Under the pieces are notes generated by a model, which ran no database searches, was not told where the DNA came from, and saw only the letters and a program-made list of their open reading frames with translations. From Yuukianura sp. NJ FZ-2021 (lineage: Eukaryota), in assembly GCA_046563655.1 (NCBI GenBank), contig CM102289.1, positions 4,464,001-4,528,000 of the forward strand: DNA of 64,000 nucleotides, given 5' to 3'. Positions 26,370-39,900 of the stretch are shown here, piece after piece; position 1 is the first letter of the stretch; each line of letters starts with the position of its first letter. A program made the translations under genes and the position numbers.

Positions 26370-27067
26370 TTCTAAAATGTACTAAATTTATCTGCTTCAA
26401 GGAAGCTGTTTTTTTTTAATGTAAAGTAGTCGACTAATTTATTGACTACAAAGAAACTCGTTTGTGTTGCGAGTATTTGTCTAATTTTCAAAATGTATTC
26501 ATCAGTTTACTTTCTGAATGTACTTGCAATGGCTATAATATTCGAATAATTTATTTACTTCAAAGAATTCTTGAGTGTTACAAGAGTTTGTTGACCAAGT
26601 TTCCAAAAAAATAGCAAACAGTTTTCCATTTTTTTATACCCAGTGTAATACTCCTTTTTGCGTGTTTGTCTAATTTTCCAATAAATTCATCACTTTTAAT
26701 GGGAATACTTTCAATAGCTCACCATCTCACAAAAAGTATTCCGTATAATGTTCATATTTTATGGCAGCTTAAAAGCGTAAACAAATTAACCTGCTCTGCA
26801 AATATTAGATACTGAATGAGCATACATACCAACATAAAATAGAAACGGTTCGAAAACTTTGAAAAAAAATCTACATTTTTGGGGCCTTTCAATCTGTTAT
26901 AATTAGAGCAGATAAACATACTTACTAAAAACATCCAAAATATGTATTCAAAAATTAGGGACATAATTTTTCTCCGCGTTTTTTATACGAGTTTCATATT
27001 CCTATAAACTCATATTTGTAATTTTTGTGTGTGTAAATTGTGCAATAAGTATGGCGCTTCCATATAG

Positions 27068-27164
27068 TTGTGAGTATGTTGTGGCTATGTTGTGACTATG
27101 TTGCGGCTATGTTGTGACTATGTTGTGGCTATGTTGTGACTATGTTGTGGCTATGTTGCGAATA
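27068..27164. repeat. 11-bp tandem repeat (CTATGTTGTGR) x~9 with alternating 22-bp periodicity
   Basis: GTTGTGGCTAT and GTTGTGACTAT units alternate. Confidence 0.9.
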
Positions 27165-27828
27165 TATATTTCAAAAATTATCCCAATATTTTTGGCAAAA
27201 TCTTAGAATATTTTGCGAAATATTTTTATATTTTTTTCAAGAAATATTTTTTTTAAATATGTAATATGTAAGAAAATATGTTTTGCGACTCTGATAATAA
27301 TAAAGATATGTGGTCTGTTTTACAATAACCGTATATTCTTAGAAATTTAAAAATCAGAAACTTTTTTCCGTATTTTGCCACGAGCTGGAAAGACAGATAT
27401 CCCACGGGATGTATGCCGCGAAATAATGTGCTTACAAATTACAATGTTAGAATACTCGGTTTCTTTCCAATAGTTGGAATTTGTAAAAAAAAAAAAATAT
27501 ACCTCCAAAATGGGTGATGTACAATTTGTTTTCCTGCGATGCTTAGAGTGATCACACAATTGAAGGCGGTGGTTACCTACGGTTACAATGCATGCAGCAT
27601 TGGTTTACCTTAACCAAATTATCGCAGTGAATGCGATTCTGAATAAGTCCGAAAAGTCTGGGGTTTAGGGAGGCGTTCTGGGTCAAAACTGGTTAGCTTC
27701 GTATGGAATAGATTAGGAATCTTTAAAATATTAAATTAAAGTAGAAAGAAAAGAATTAACTTTCTGTTTAGTGGGTAAGGGGGTTTGTTAATTTGTTGTG
27801 TTCGTCGACACAACAGAACACCTTCAAG

Positions 27829-30416
27829 ATGACTTCGTTAAGAGCACCGTTGGCACTCTTCAATGTTATTAAGGTAAACAATTACGTTAAAACCGAACAC
27901 GGATGATGGCTTTATTAATGGCATACAGGTTGAGTTGTGTAGTGCCTTGGACCTAGAGTCGGAAGGGCCTTAGGTTGTTGGAAGGATATGGAAACCATCC
28001 TTGTAATGTATTGATATGGAGACAGGATTGTATTGATGCAAGTGCGATTTCTAAACAATATTTAATGAATTGCAGATTTAGTCCATGTGCGTAAGCGCAA
28101 GTGAACTTCATTTCAAGTGTTCCAGTCGTCTAACCGGTCTTTCATATTATTTTATTTTTATTTATTTTTTTAGATTTGTCGCGGATTTTTTCAGTCGAAA
28201 ACTCAGCTGTGCTCAATGACTGTAACCAAGAATCTAGTTCGCGGAATGGCCATTGTAAGAGGAATATCTCTACTGTACTTTTCATTATGTACAATTCGCA
28301 AATAGCAAATTTGTCGTTGGCCTAGCATGAACGTGTTAATTATGTTGATTTCTAATTTAGCAAGCCCCTGTTTCCAAACCGGAAGGCAGAACAAAGGTAG
28401 TTGCAATCACTACTTACTACAGTAAAAAGTACTTACTTAACTTGTATTAGCTTCATCAAGAATTTTCATATTTTTTTTAGTGTACGTTAATACCAGGCGA
28501 CGGTGTTGGTCCAGAACTAATGCAATCTATGCAGGAGGTGTTGGAGGTATTTCATCAAGGGATAAAAGAGCGATAGCCTTGACCAAACAATCTGTCACTG
28601 CGTTTTCATATTTACACGTTGCTCCCATTAGCAGTATAACTTTTACGAAGACCAGCGCCCATAGTTCATTACAGAAAAAAAACTCCCATTTCATGCTGGC
28701 ATACTGGCGAGGTTTTAATGGGAACAGGGCGAAAATAGTATAACGGGTGGGAATTGTAGTTTGTTTGGTTGGGCTAGCTTTTGTTACTTGCAAAACTATT
28801 TGCTAAAGAAAAATTACTTAAATTCGTTTTCTTTCTTTTTTTAACTTGTATAGGCAGCTGGAGCGCCTGTCGACTTTGAAACATTTTTCTTATCTGACAT
28901 TCAATACAGCTTGAGTGCCAAGTTGGACGATGTGATCAATTCTATTCTACGAAATGGAATTTGTATGAAGGGAATTCTGGCCAGCCCTGTCACCGGAGAC
29001 AAAACTTCAACGAACTTTCAGCTGAGGTGAATAAGCGCAAAGGACATTCGTTATAGCTTGTAACTCATTCCACTAAATACTTAAACTTTGTTGATTACAG
29101 ATCTCGCTTAGATTTGTTCGCCAATGTTGTGAAGATTCAGTCTTTACAGGTATTCTGCACCATCTCTGACGACAATAATATTTAAAAATAAGTCCTGTTT
29201 GTGAGGATGGCGGATTTTTTTTTCGTCATGCGTTAGTGTAAAAAAACCGTCTGAGTTTTGTAGTTATTCTTATTACTGAGTGCAAACAGATTTTACACCG
29301 TTTCAATTTGACTTATTTAATTCATTTCCACAGGGAATCCCATCTCGTCATAAAAACATTGACATTATTGTCATTCGGGAACAAACAGAAGGCGAGTTCT
29401 CATCTCTCGAACACGAAACTGTGAAAGGTGTGATCGAATGTTACAAAATTGTGACGGCTGAAAAATCTCGAAGGATTGCTAAGTTTGCATTTGACTACGC
29501 TACAAAGTTCGGTCGGAAGAAGGTGACTGCAGTTCATAAAGCCAACATCATGAAGTTAGGGGATGGATTATTCCTTCGATCATGTGAAGAGGTAATATAC
29601 GTTTCCTTGCATTGTTACGCGTGTGAATATCTCAATCGTTGTAGCTCATATTACATTTTACATTGAGGAAGCAAGAAGTGAAAGTGATCTAAATGAATTG
29701 TACTTTGGTGCTGCTGTTTGTAGATTGCCAAGCTCTACCCAAAAATAAAGTTTGAGCAGATGATCATTGACAACTGTACGATGCAAATGGCGTCTAACCC
29801 GCATCAGTTTGATGTTCTCGTCATGGGGAATCTGTATGGAGCAATCATAGACAACTTGGGTTCTGGTTTAGTTGGAGGAGCCGGAGTAGTTGGTGGTGCA
29901 TCCTACTCGCCCGATAGTGTCGTCTTTGAACCGGTACGTGACTTTCTTTCTTTCAAATCAAATGCACTTTAATAACCATTGCACCAGATACTGTAATGTT
30001 CAAACAATTAAAATAAAACTGCGATTTTTTCAGGGGGCACGCCACACTTACTCCGAGGCGGTAGGTAAAAACGTGGCAAACCCAACAGCAATGCTTATAT
30101 GTGCCTCGTCTATGCTGTTTCACGTCAATCTTCAGTACCATAGTCGAATTATCTTTAACGCACTCGCCAAAGTCCTGAAGAGCGGCAAGGTAAATCAGAA
30201 TTAACTTCAATTTTACTATTACATAGATATAAAGATAGTTATTTACATAAGTACGTTTAATTTATATCATTTAATGATTTTAATTTCCGTTATCTTCTGT
30301 CATCGCCAATCGCACTTTTTTTCTTTCTTTTTTTCCAGCATCTAACGAAAGATCTAGGGGGACAAGCTTCTACCAGTGATTTTACCTACGCCGTGATTCG
30401 AGCTCTCCACAAGTAA
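27829..30416 (+). CDS. IDH3B: Mitochondrial NAD-dependent isocitrate dehydrogenase subunit beta
   Basis: [81 protein letters not shown] and TKDLGG motifs. The basic, acid-free N-terminus resembles a presequence; the 5' exons are less certain. Confidence 0.92.
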
Positions 30417-30859
30417 GGTGCTTTGAACAATTTAACTTCAAAACCGAGCAGTATCTCGTCAACAAGCCTTTAGTACCGCAAGACCGCAAACTGAGTTTGC
30501 ATATAGTCGCTTGCTGATGTCAAATATTTGCTGAACTGTGCGAGTCTTATTTGAGTCAGTTCGGAGTTTAGACGCATTACCCAAACTAACGCTAAATCGT
30601 TCCTACCTCACGATTCTCATAGGAAAAGGAAAAACCTCTCTGAAACTTACTAATTAACCTAAAAACTCGGCAATATGAAATGTAAACGTTGAATAGAAGT
30701 GGAGTAAAGCGACCATTTCAAATCTCTCTGTACTGATGAGCATTCTTCATTCGTTCAAATCAGATGTCGTTGGTGTAGAGACTATTTATTAGTTTTATTA
30801 AGGTTAATTCGTTTATAAGTTATAGACGATTAATGTCAAGCATTTGGTTCGTGTGAGGC

Positions 30860-33800
30860 TCACTTCGACAGCCTACGCTTCGCAATTAAGTAGGGGCGTG
30901 GTTTTTGTGGCTGTTCATCGATTATAACGTAATTATTCCCCTTTGGACTCGAGATCTTTCTAGGATTTTGTTTTGGCCGAATACCGCCACCTTTACGTCC
31001 TCCTTCGACATAATGCGGTGAACTAAAGTCATCTCGTGACATGCCACTTTGTCTTATGATGGATTTGATCTTATTGTCGATGACGAATCCCATCAAGTCC
31101 TTTCGTGTGATAATTCCCATCACTTGATTGTGTTGATCAGTGACGGTGAGGTGTCGAACACCCAAGGTTCGAAACATGATGTAAGCTCTTTCCAAGGAAA
31201 ACTGAGAAGGGATTGAGTGACTAGAGGTGTTGATGTATGGCAACTTTGGAAGTAAAACAAACAAAACTGCGTGTGATTAAAGTCAAACCTTGACCCATTT
31301 TTTAGTAATTAAATCTTAATTGATCCCGGCTCTTACCAGATTGACCGTAACTGCAGCATATCGTGAATCTTCTGCGTAACTATTGAGGATTTCATTTGCA
31401 ACAGCTGTATCTCGGAGTTTGCTGGAACTGTACTGCAAAACCAAAATACATAATGGTCACGCCTCCTGCTTTCATATTCTAGCGTTTATAATTTTAGCAG
31501 CTCGAATGTAATATGTTATAGTAAATTCCTCACCTCGGGATAGGAAATCCGAATTTTGTCCATATCTTCCCTTCCGAGTTCCCGAGCGGTGAACGTCACG
31601 GTTTTCGTAAGAAGAATTATCAACTCCAGCCTTGTATAAATTGTAAAGAACGTTAGCAGTACAAAATTAAAAAAAAAATTTCTACGCATTCTACCGAGTA
31701 ATCATTCCTAGAAACGTCTTCTTGAATCCAAACTCCGAGATGACAACAGGGAATCCACCATGATTTGTATCCAGGAGTAAGTTTGCTAGAACTTGAACAG
31801 ACTCGTTTACATTCACCGTCAGTACTGGGGATGCCATCACGTCTGCTGCTTTGAACAGCTCCAGATTTACCCTAGGACGTAAATCCTTTTTAATTAATCA
31901 ATTGTCACATCGGGTTTTCAATTAATTTATGACGAATTACCTTTTCCCATTATGATAAACATTAACTTGAGAGTCGAGGTAGGGAATGCATTTAAATTCG
32001 CAGAGGGAGTGGTAAAGCGGATGCGTAAAGAGCCCTCCAACGAATTTAGCCAGCATCACCACAATCATAATCAACAGAGACATGTTGATGTCGTTCGTCA
32101 TCTCAATCTGAAAAAATTTTAATTTAGGAGCAATCTGCTGCTAAGAATTGTCACTCGTTACTTACTAGCATCACTACGGAAGTAATCGGTAGTCTGGATG
32201 TCCCTGCGAGGAAGGACGCAGCTCCAAGCAGTGCAAAAACTCCGGGATCCATCCATTCCCATTGTTCTGCTTTTTCTTTGTCCAAGTACATGTTTCCAAA
32301 GGCTTCCACAGTCAATCGTCCAAACAGTCGCCCGTACAATGCCCCAATAACGCTAAAAAATATTACCCAAAATGCTAAATTACTTATGTCTACATAAACA
32401 GCTTTCTTAATTTTTACAATTGAATTACATTTGGGGTATGAGGAGGCCATTTGCTAAGCAACAGAGTGACGCCCAGCTGGAGCAAAAGAAAAAGAAGACC
32501 AACAAGATGAGAGTGCTCTTCCAGGAAAACATTTCTGGAGTCTTGCGGGATAACAAGTTCCGGATCATCTGTTCCCACGATCCAAATACAAGAGTGGCCA
32601 CTGTAACAGACCAAATCCCGAACAGTTTTTTAAATACACTAGATGTTAAACACTTAATTATCAGTCTTACTTTCATGAAATTGTCCAGTTTGAATAACTT
32701 TTCCATCTTTGTACTCGATTTGTAGTTGTTTGTCGCATTGAAACGAATGGAACTTCAAGTACTTCCCTTCATGTGCGCTTACAATCTCTGCAGTATGGTT
32801 AACATCTTGACAACTGAAGAAACGCAAGCTTCCCATAATTACAACTGATGAGATCAACTGTCAAGCCAGATTACTTTCAGAAGTTTATCTTTTAGGGAAA
32901 GAATCTTCAACTTTTGTGTAAAACAAGACTTACTGCGACTAGCATTGGTTCTATAACTTTGATTGCGTTGAGCCATTCGGGTCTCGAGATTTTGGCAAGA
33001 ATTCGTCTGCGCAGTCTAGCTGACTTCAAATGAAAGAAAATGAAAAACGCTCCAGTGAGTCCACCGAAAAGGCCGATTATAATTGTTGGTACTGCAATTA
33101 GTAAGTTGAGTCGCAGATGCTCCTTCATCTGACAAAATATCAATAGCAAAGAGCTCCTTAACTGTTAATGTCAGATTTTAAGTTTAGAATTTACTGGAAT
33201 TCACTACTTACATCAAAGAGTGCCGACTCTGAGAATTCGAATCCAATCGATTTGGAGTTTTTGTCGTGTTTCGTTAGGGTAGCTGAAATACTTCGTAAGA
33301 TTTCAGTCACACTCCGTGCTAGAATGCAGCAGACAAAAGTTTGCCATGTGAGTGCCGCTGACCAAAACGATGACATTTCTTCCATAGCAAAAAGGAGGCC
33401 GGTGATTGGAGCTGAGAATGCCGAAGCGACACCTACGGTATGTTTGAGTATTATTCATGATACCAGCGTTAATATCTTTGTCAATGGGTGTCCAACATAA
33501 ACTTACCTGCTGCAGCCCCCATGCAAATCAAATTATGCCTGTAAATGTGGAACCAAAGGTTTAAGTACTATTAGCAGTTAGCACCTTGTTGTGAAAACAA
33601 TGACACTAAACAAAAAGCCAAACCAACCTTTCTTTACAGTCTCGGTATCGGCATAATTTGAATCCGCAACATCGTGATACTTTAGGAGGGGAAGCAGTGC
33701 CGAATCTATGAATACAGATTGTACAGTTGACAATTCCAATCCAATTCAAATATGTTTTGCTTCAACACATTTACGATTTCAGTGATAACTACTTACCCTG

Positions 33801-35224
33801 AATCTGGATTAAAAAGTGGCTGGAATCCGGTTTCTGAATCCTTTGGAACGACACGCTTAGGACAGGCACATCTTGGGTCCACTGGACGAGCCATCATAGC
33901 TGCAACCTGCGAAGCATCAGAGAATTTTTGTACACGTTTATGCTTTAATGTTAAAGTTTTAGTAGGTGTAGAAGTTTCAAATACCATAGCTCCTATATGT
34001 ATCATTGGGCCTTCGAATCCAACTGGAAGGCTGCTCAACACTGTCAGGAGTGTTGACAATATTTTACATACTAAAGTTTGAAAATTGAGCATGTTCCGAA
34101 CCTGTCACATTGTTTTTAGGAAAAATTACAACGTTAACAGAGTACATTACAGTAGCGGCTAGCTTACGACACATCCATTGAGAATTCCAATTAGTTCCGG
34201 TAGCCCGGATCCAGCGGCCCAGGGACAGAAGTAGACGCATATAAAGGCAGAGGCAGCAGAAAGAGAACAACTCATCACAGCATAATAAATCCATAAACGA
34301 TACGTTTCTCCGCGCTAAAACAAAAGAAAACACCGAATGAGACTGGCAATTTCTGAGATCAGCAGTGCCAGACAAACGACCTCACCGCAATATACTCCCC
34401 CATGAATGGATTGGAAAATATTTGGAGGGATTCGCAGCATTCCTTCATGACAAAGGCCAGCGTACCAATGATGAGGCCAATCATACTGACTAAGTACCAA
34501 GTCTCCGCAGCTCCTCTGCAAGCAAAGTCAAAAGTTGTTAAATTGCATATGTTGGTTCTCGTTTTATCCAAAAGCTTACCTCGGAGGAAGGTCCTGAAGC
34601 CACTGACGATAGACCTCCGTATGGCTACTGTAAAGGTTAGCATTGCGTTAATAACGTTGAAAATAGATGTAAATGAGCGAATCGATTCCAAAATGAACAA
34701 AATGCGTGTAATTTACGGGAGGTTGTCAGCGCTCTCATACGTCTCCAGCACTCGGAGTTCATCTGCCGTATAAAAATGTTTTGAATGCTGCGCTTGAAAC
34801 TCTCGTCCCTAGCAAGAAAGTAAAACAGTCAGGAAGAGTCAAGATGATCAGCGTTGAGTAGCCATATATCAATTTGGCAACATTTTACATTATCCGCTTC
34901 AATTTTTGTCCAAACTCCAGCAATATTGTACAAATCACCGAGAAAACTTACCAGCGAAGCGCCTTAAGCGATAATACTCACCCTCTGGAAAAAATGAAAG
35001 CGATCATCATCCCCAACGTTAGCGCCTGCGATATCCTCCGGCTGAGACGGAAGCGAAACAGCATATTCACTCAGTGAGCGTGTTTTCCCTTCAAAAGGAT
35101 CAATTATAAATGACTCATTACCTCACCTTTTTGAAAAAAAAAGTTGATGTAACTTACCGAAGTTTGCTCTTCTGCGACGTAATTCGCTATTATTGTCCAC
35201 TCCTTGCTGCCGATTACTGTCCAT
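30860..35224 (-). CDS. CLC-family Cl-/H+ exchanger (ClC-6/7-like branch) with two CBS domains, many small exons
   Basis: [16 protein letters not shown] (gating Glu), [19 protein letters not shown] (proton Glu), GLLIP, LYH (central Tyr), HGGFPVV and [12 protein letters not shown] motifs. Probable ATG at 35224 (MDSNRQQG...). Confidence 0.9.
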
Positions 35225-36921
35225 CAACAAAGCGAAGCGCAAACCGCACAATTCGGCAAGTCAAGTTTCGATTCCTGTTCTGGAAAAATGAAATATAACG
35301 CGGTTAATGATTGACGGAGACTACATAATGTTGTCTCTGCATGAGGACTTCGCCTCAACAAACACTGACCTTGAACTTGGACTTTCAATTCAATCAAGTT
35401 AAGATTATGCAGGTTAAAATGGTGCTTATCTAATATTCAAAACGGATCTGATCTTCATATGAGACTTGAGAGACCGAGAGACGGAGAAGAAATTAGAAAT
35501 AAGGTTGCATTACAGCAGCAATGAAAGATGCAATTAACTCTCCAAACCTTGTTACTATCCTATTACTTATCCTAAACTCCTATTACTATCTAGTACTATC
35601 CAGAACCTGCACAGTTTGGTTTATCAATTACTCAAGTAAACATGAGGAAATTACCGGGTATCCAGGGAAATTTTTATTTTAGCTGTATTAATTTTTTTTT
35701 AATTAACTTGTTACGCGAGAAAAAGTTGGTCGACTCTCCGGGATTTTTGGATCCTATTGAAATGCTAATTTTAATTCTAACTTTATTTTTGGTCAAGCCA
35801 AGGACGGCCAGCCTTTCATCAGACTTTTTAGTGAATCTCGTTAGCATTAATCCATCTAATTTGAGTTCTGACGACGACGTTAATGTGATTCATCTCGATT
35901 GCTGCGAAGATGAAGAACATCAAGTCCCCTTTTGTGGTTAGTAACTGCCAGCCTTCCGGCGAAAATGAACCCGTAATAGCTACAGATCGACGTTGCCGCT
36001 TTGAGCAACAAAATGCGTAACCTTTGACACTTAAGACGGGGGGCGGGGATGACGGGCTTAGCTCTGTTTTTTCTGCTTTTACCTATGCAAAAGTGGTGTT
36101 CCGAATTGGCGATACTTTGTTTTTCATAAAGCTTTACGTATAGTGAGTAGTATTTGTTGCGCAATTGGAAATCCATAAAAACCAATGATACCTGTAACAA
36201 CATTTTTTCAAGTAAGTGGATATGGAAAATGGATTTTAAAATTGCTTGATTAGTCATTGCCTGATATTATTGGCCATCCTATGATCGAATCTCTGGAATT
36301 TAGTTAGAAACCGACCGCTTGGAGAAGTATAAACGTTTTTGCTCATCTTGAAAGTAAAAACCCCACAATCAAGTTGTGTGCGTTTGCAATTTTGGTTGAT
36401 TAAAATTGCAAAAATCCTGCTTTGTGACGAGCATCATCGCTCTGTTCCAATCGTTCTTTTCTTGCAGAATACTCAGAAATTAGCGCTGGGATTTTCCTCG
36501 TTCTCCCTCACTTTGGTCGTAAGAAAGACTCCCAATTTAATGATGATATGAGGAGGTCGAGGTGTCCAAAACCTACCCAATTCGAAGATATGTCCAAGTC
36601 CAAAAGCTTAGCCTGACAATGTCTAAACCCTCCAACTGCCCCACCTATTGCACCACCATTAATCAGGTCACTCTTCCACACCTTCGTACAGATTCTCTGT
36701 TCACAAAAGTCACAACAATTAGCTTTGACCTCTCAGTCCGCAACGGATTTTCGCCAATTCAACTCGTCCTATTAAACAGTAATTTTCTGTTACATTCAAG
36801 TCTAGTAAAGACAATAAAGTCTTAAAGTAAACGATTTTTTTGTCCGCTTTGGCTAGAAGTGACGCTTAAAATTTGAAGTGAATCCATTACTCCGAATACT
36901 CCGAAGAATACAAATTCCCAA

Positions 36922-39900
36922 ATGAGAGGTAAGGTGGGGTGACAAAGAATTCGTTTTGCAAATACTACGCAAATTGAATTCGCAAATTCATTTCTAATTT
37001 AGATTGATTTTCGTTATTTTTCTTTTGTTGCTTGTTGATGTTACGATGGATGTCATCCGGTTTTGTTCGTTAACTTATGAACACGAATCCAAACTTTCAG
37101 TTGCATTGCAATGCTGTTAACGCGTCGTATACGCAGGTTATTTTGACAAAAAAGAGCCAAAGAGAGCATGCATTGCCGGTTCCATGCCATTGTGTCAATT
37201 GAATTGTATCAACTGCCATTGCATCAACTGAATTGTGTCAATTTGAATTGTATCAACGCTCAATTGTGTCAACGGCTACTTGTATCAACCAACGTAACCT
37301 AACCTAACTTAAGCTAAATTAAGCATTACACTCGTTGATACAATTAGTCGTTGATACAATTGACCAGTTGATACAATTCAAATTGACACAATTCAGTTGA
37401 TGCAATGGCAGTTGATACAATTCAATTGATACAATGGCGTGCTACCGTTTTGCCAGTATCTCTTCAGTCATTTGGCATGTAATACTTAATAATGCGAAAG
37501 AAAAATGTGGCGCGGATGACAAATGACAGTGACACAACGTACGCATCGTGCGAAATGTCAACTTTATGAGAAAAAGTTACAGATAAACTTTCGGTCGTTA
37601 ACTCTATTGTTTTTGAAATGAATTGCAGGAGAATCTTGGGTGACGCTTGTCTTGGAGGAACAAAATGCTTGGGAAGCGCTTGTGTTGGCTCGTTCCCTCA
37701 AAAGATCATTGACGACAAGACGAATCACCGCTGTGATCTCTCCGCTTCTTCCGTATGCATTCAAGTAAGTACTTTTACGCTAACATTCCCATTCCCGAAT
37801 CGGTGCTTTAGCTGATGCGATTTTCATTACTATAGTTTTTAAATTCTGATTCAGATTATCATGTTTTTCAAGTCATTCAACAGTTGATATTCAAACGCAA
37901 GCTTTAAAAGATTAATGCTCAAAAAAGATTACAAGCTCATGAAACAGTGAATTCATAGTTCAAAAACCAAAATTCCCATGACACTTGTTAACCCATTTAA
38001 ATAAATGGAAAGTGTGATAATTTCAAACCTGTGTAGGCGTAATTGTTACTAGCATTTTTCATTTGATGTAATTGTAAAAAGCATTTTTGGTGCAAATTGT
38101 TGCTAATCTCTCGTAACTATGTCAATCCTAATTCTAGCACGTTTGCACGCGTCATGTCTTACCTACTTGAATTGCCATAAAACCATTCATTAGCAGGCAC
38201 TTGCTATAATCCAAAAACAGGTTTTTGAACGTGGCACAAACAAAAGCAATAATTAAGATAAAGTTGAAAAACAATTCCTTCAGACAAACAAATCCCAGTA
38301 TAATTTAAAACTTTCCGTAATTTAAAAATCATTGCGACATTCCTTCTACTAAAGTGACCAAAGAGCTTAAGGGAACATTTTTAATATTTAAAAGAAGTTT
38401 TACACTTTGTGTCGCAACTTCTAAGGTGATAAAGGGCCATTTGAGGGTTAATTATTGCGTGACTAACGCTGACACGAGGTGTACTTAATAGTTTAAGGCC
38501 GTTCTTCATCCTGTCATTTTTTTAAGGTGGCAATGAAATGATCTTTAGCGAGCATCTTTCACATCACAAAATCGTTTGTTTCAGATTTTGTCTCTTTGGT
38601 GTGAAAATCCTTGAAAGATGAATTGAAAAACGAAAATTTGAAAATCCTCCGCCGGAGTAAGGTTTGAATTTATACAGCAGTCAACCATGAATCGTACACC
38701 AAGTACTCACCAATCCAGTATTTCAGTAGTTTTTACGACTTAGTCTTTTGATGTCATAATGTTGCATGCTTACTACACTTTTTAACCTTAACCCTTTTAA
38801 GTGTACAAGAAGTATGGAAGGCGTCACGCCATTTCAAAAAAAAAAGCCCTTCGGTGGCCTTCGCGGTTTCCCAATAACAAAAACACGTTTTTAACATTTT
38901 TCTTCATTTAACAGTTTTCATTTGGGTTTTTCATTGTTACGAGTAGTATGACGCAAAGGGCCAAATGCGGGGGTATTTACAGCAAAAATGGTTTTTTGAT
39001 TATTCAAAATCCTGCCAGTTTAGACAATGCCTCATCTATAATTAATGAAGAAATGGTATTGATTTGTAGCGTTTAGGGTTATGTAATCGTTATGTGCTGC
39101 ATAACCAATTTTACTAACCTTCTTCCCGGTTGACTCGCCAAAAAAGTATATTCGTAAAAGAATACTTTTGGGATTTCTGTTTTCAATTACTATTAGCGAA
39201 ACCCACTTTTTACCCAAATCCGTGTTCCTTCACATACGTCAAAATTCACTTTTTGTTTTTACATAATTTTTAACTATTATGCGATATTATGTTTTTGGTG
39301 TTGACGGAAAAGTGGAATACCTTGAACAAATTAGGTACTGCACGTTAGATTGTGTTTTGCATCATAAGTTGATGTTATAGAAATATTAATTTTTTGTTTT
39401 GAATTTGTTGTGAAACTCAATTTTTTTGTTTCATTAAGACTATTGCTGAGAGATCAGTTCGATTTGGTACTCGAATTGGAGCAAAATGACTTTGATGACG
39501 CAAATGACCTGGGTTTGTACAAACTCTGGATCTGGAATCTCAAGATTTGGACAAACTGCGTATTTATCCAATCAAACTCACTGGTAAGCAGAGGATGGAA
39601 CCTGTTTTTACTTGAATTCAAATTGAGACAACAAAATGCTGTAAAAATTAAGTTGAATCTCAACGTTTCGCGATGATGCAAATGCACATTTTAGGTCCTC
39701 CGGAACGTGGATGAGCTGTTTGGAAAAAAAGGCAATCATGTCCATCCCCTCATACCTGAATGTTTCAAGTTCCAACCGGATCGAAAAACTTTCCTTGAAA
39801 TGATGCGGGAAGCCCGAGAGGCGGATGTTATGACGGCTGACGATCTACTCAAAAAGCACTTTGGAGGCCAACTTAAGTCCGGTTATGACCAGGGTACCAT

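Noticed and set aside
35880..36825. Short ORFs between CLC and PKS
   Set aside because: No recognisable domains or consistent splice structure; probably UTR, intron or promoter.
37618..37815. ORF-track peptide [14 protein letters not shown]... as a Cys-rich protein
   Set aside because: Wrong frame. Another frame gives the glycogenin-like exon with matching splice phases.
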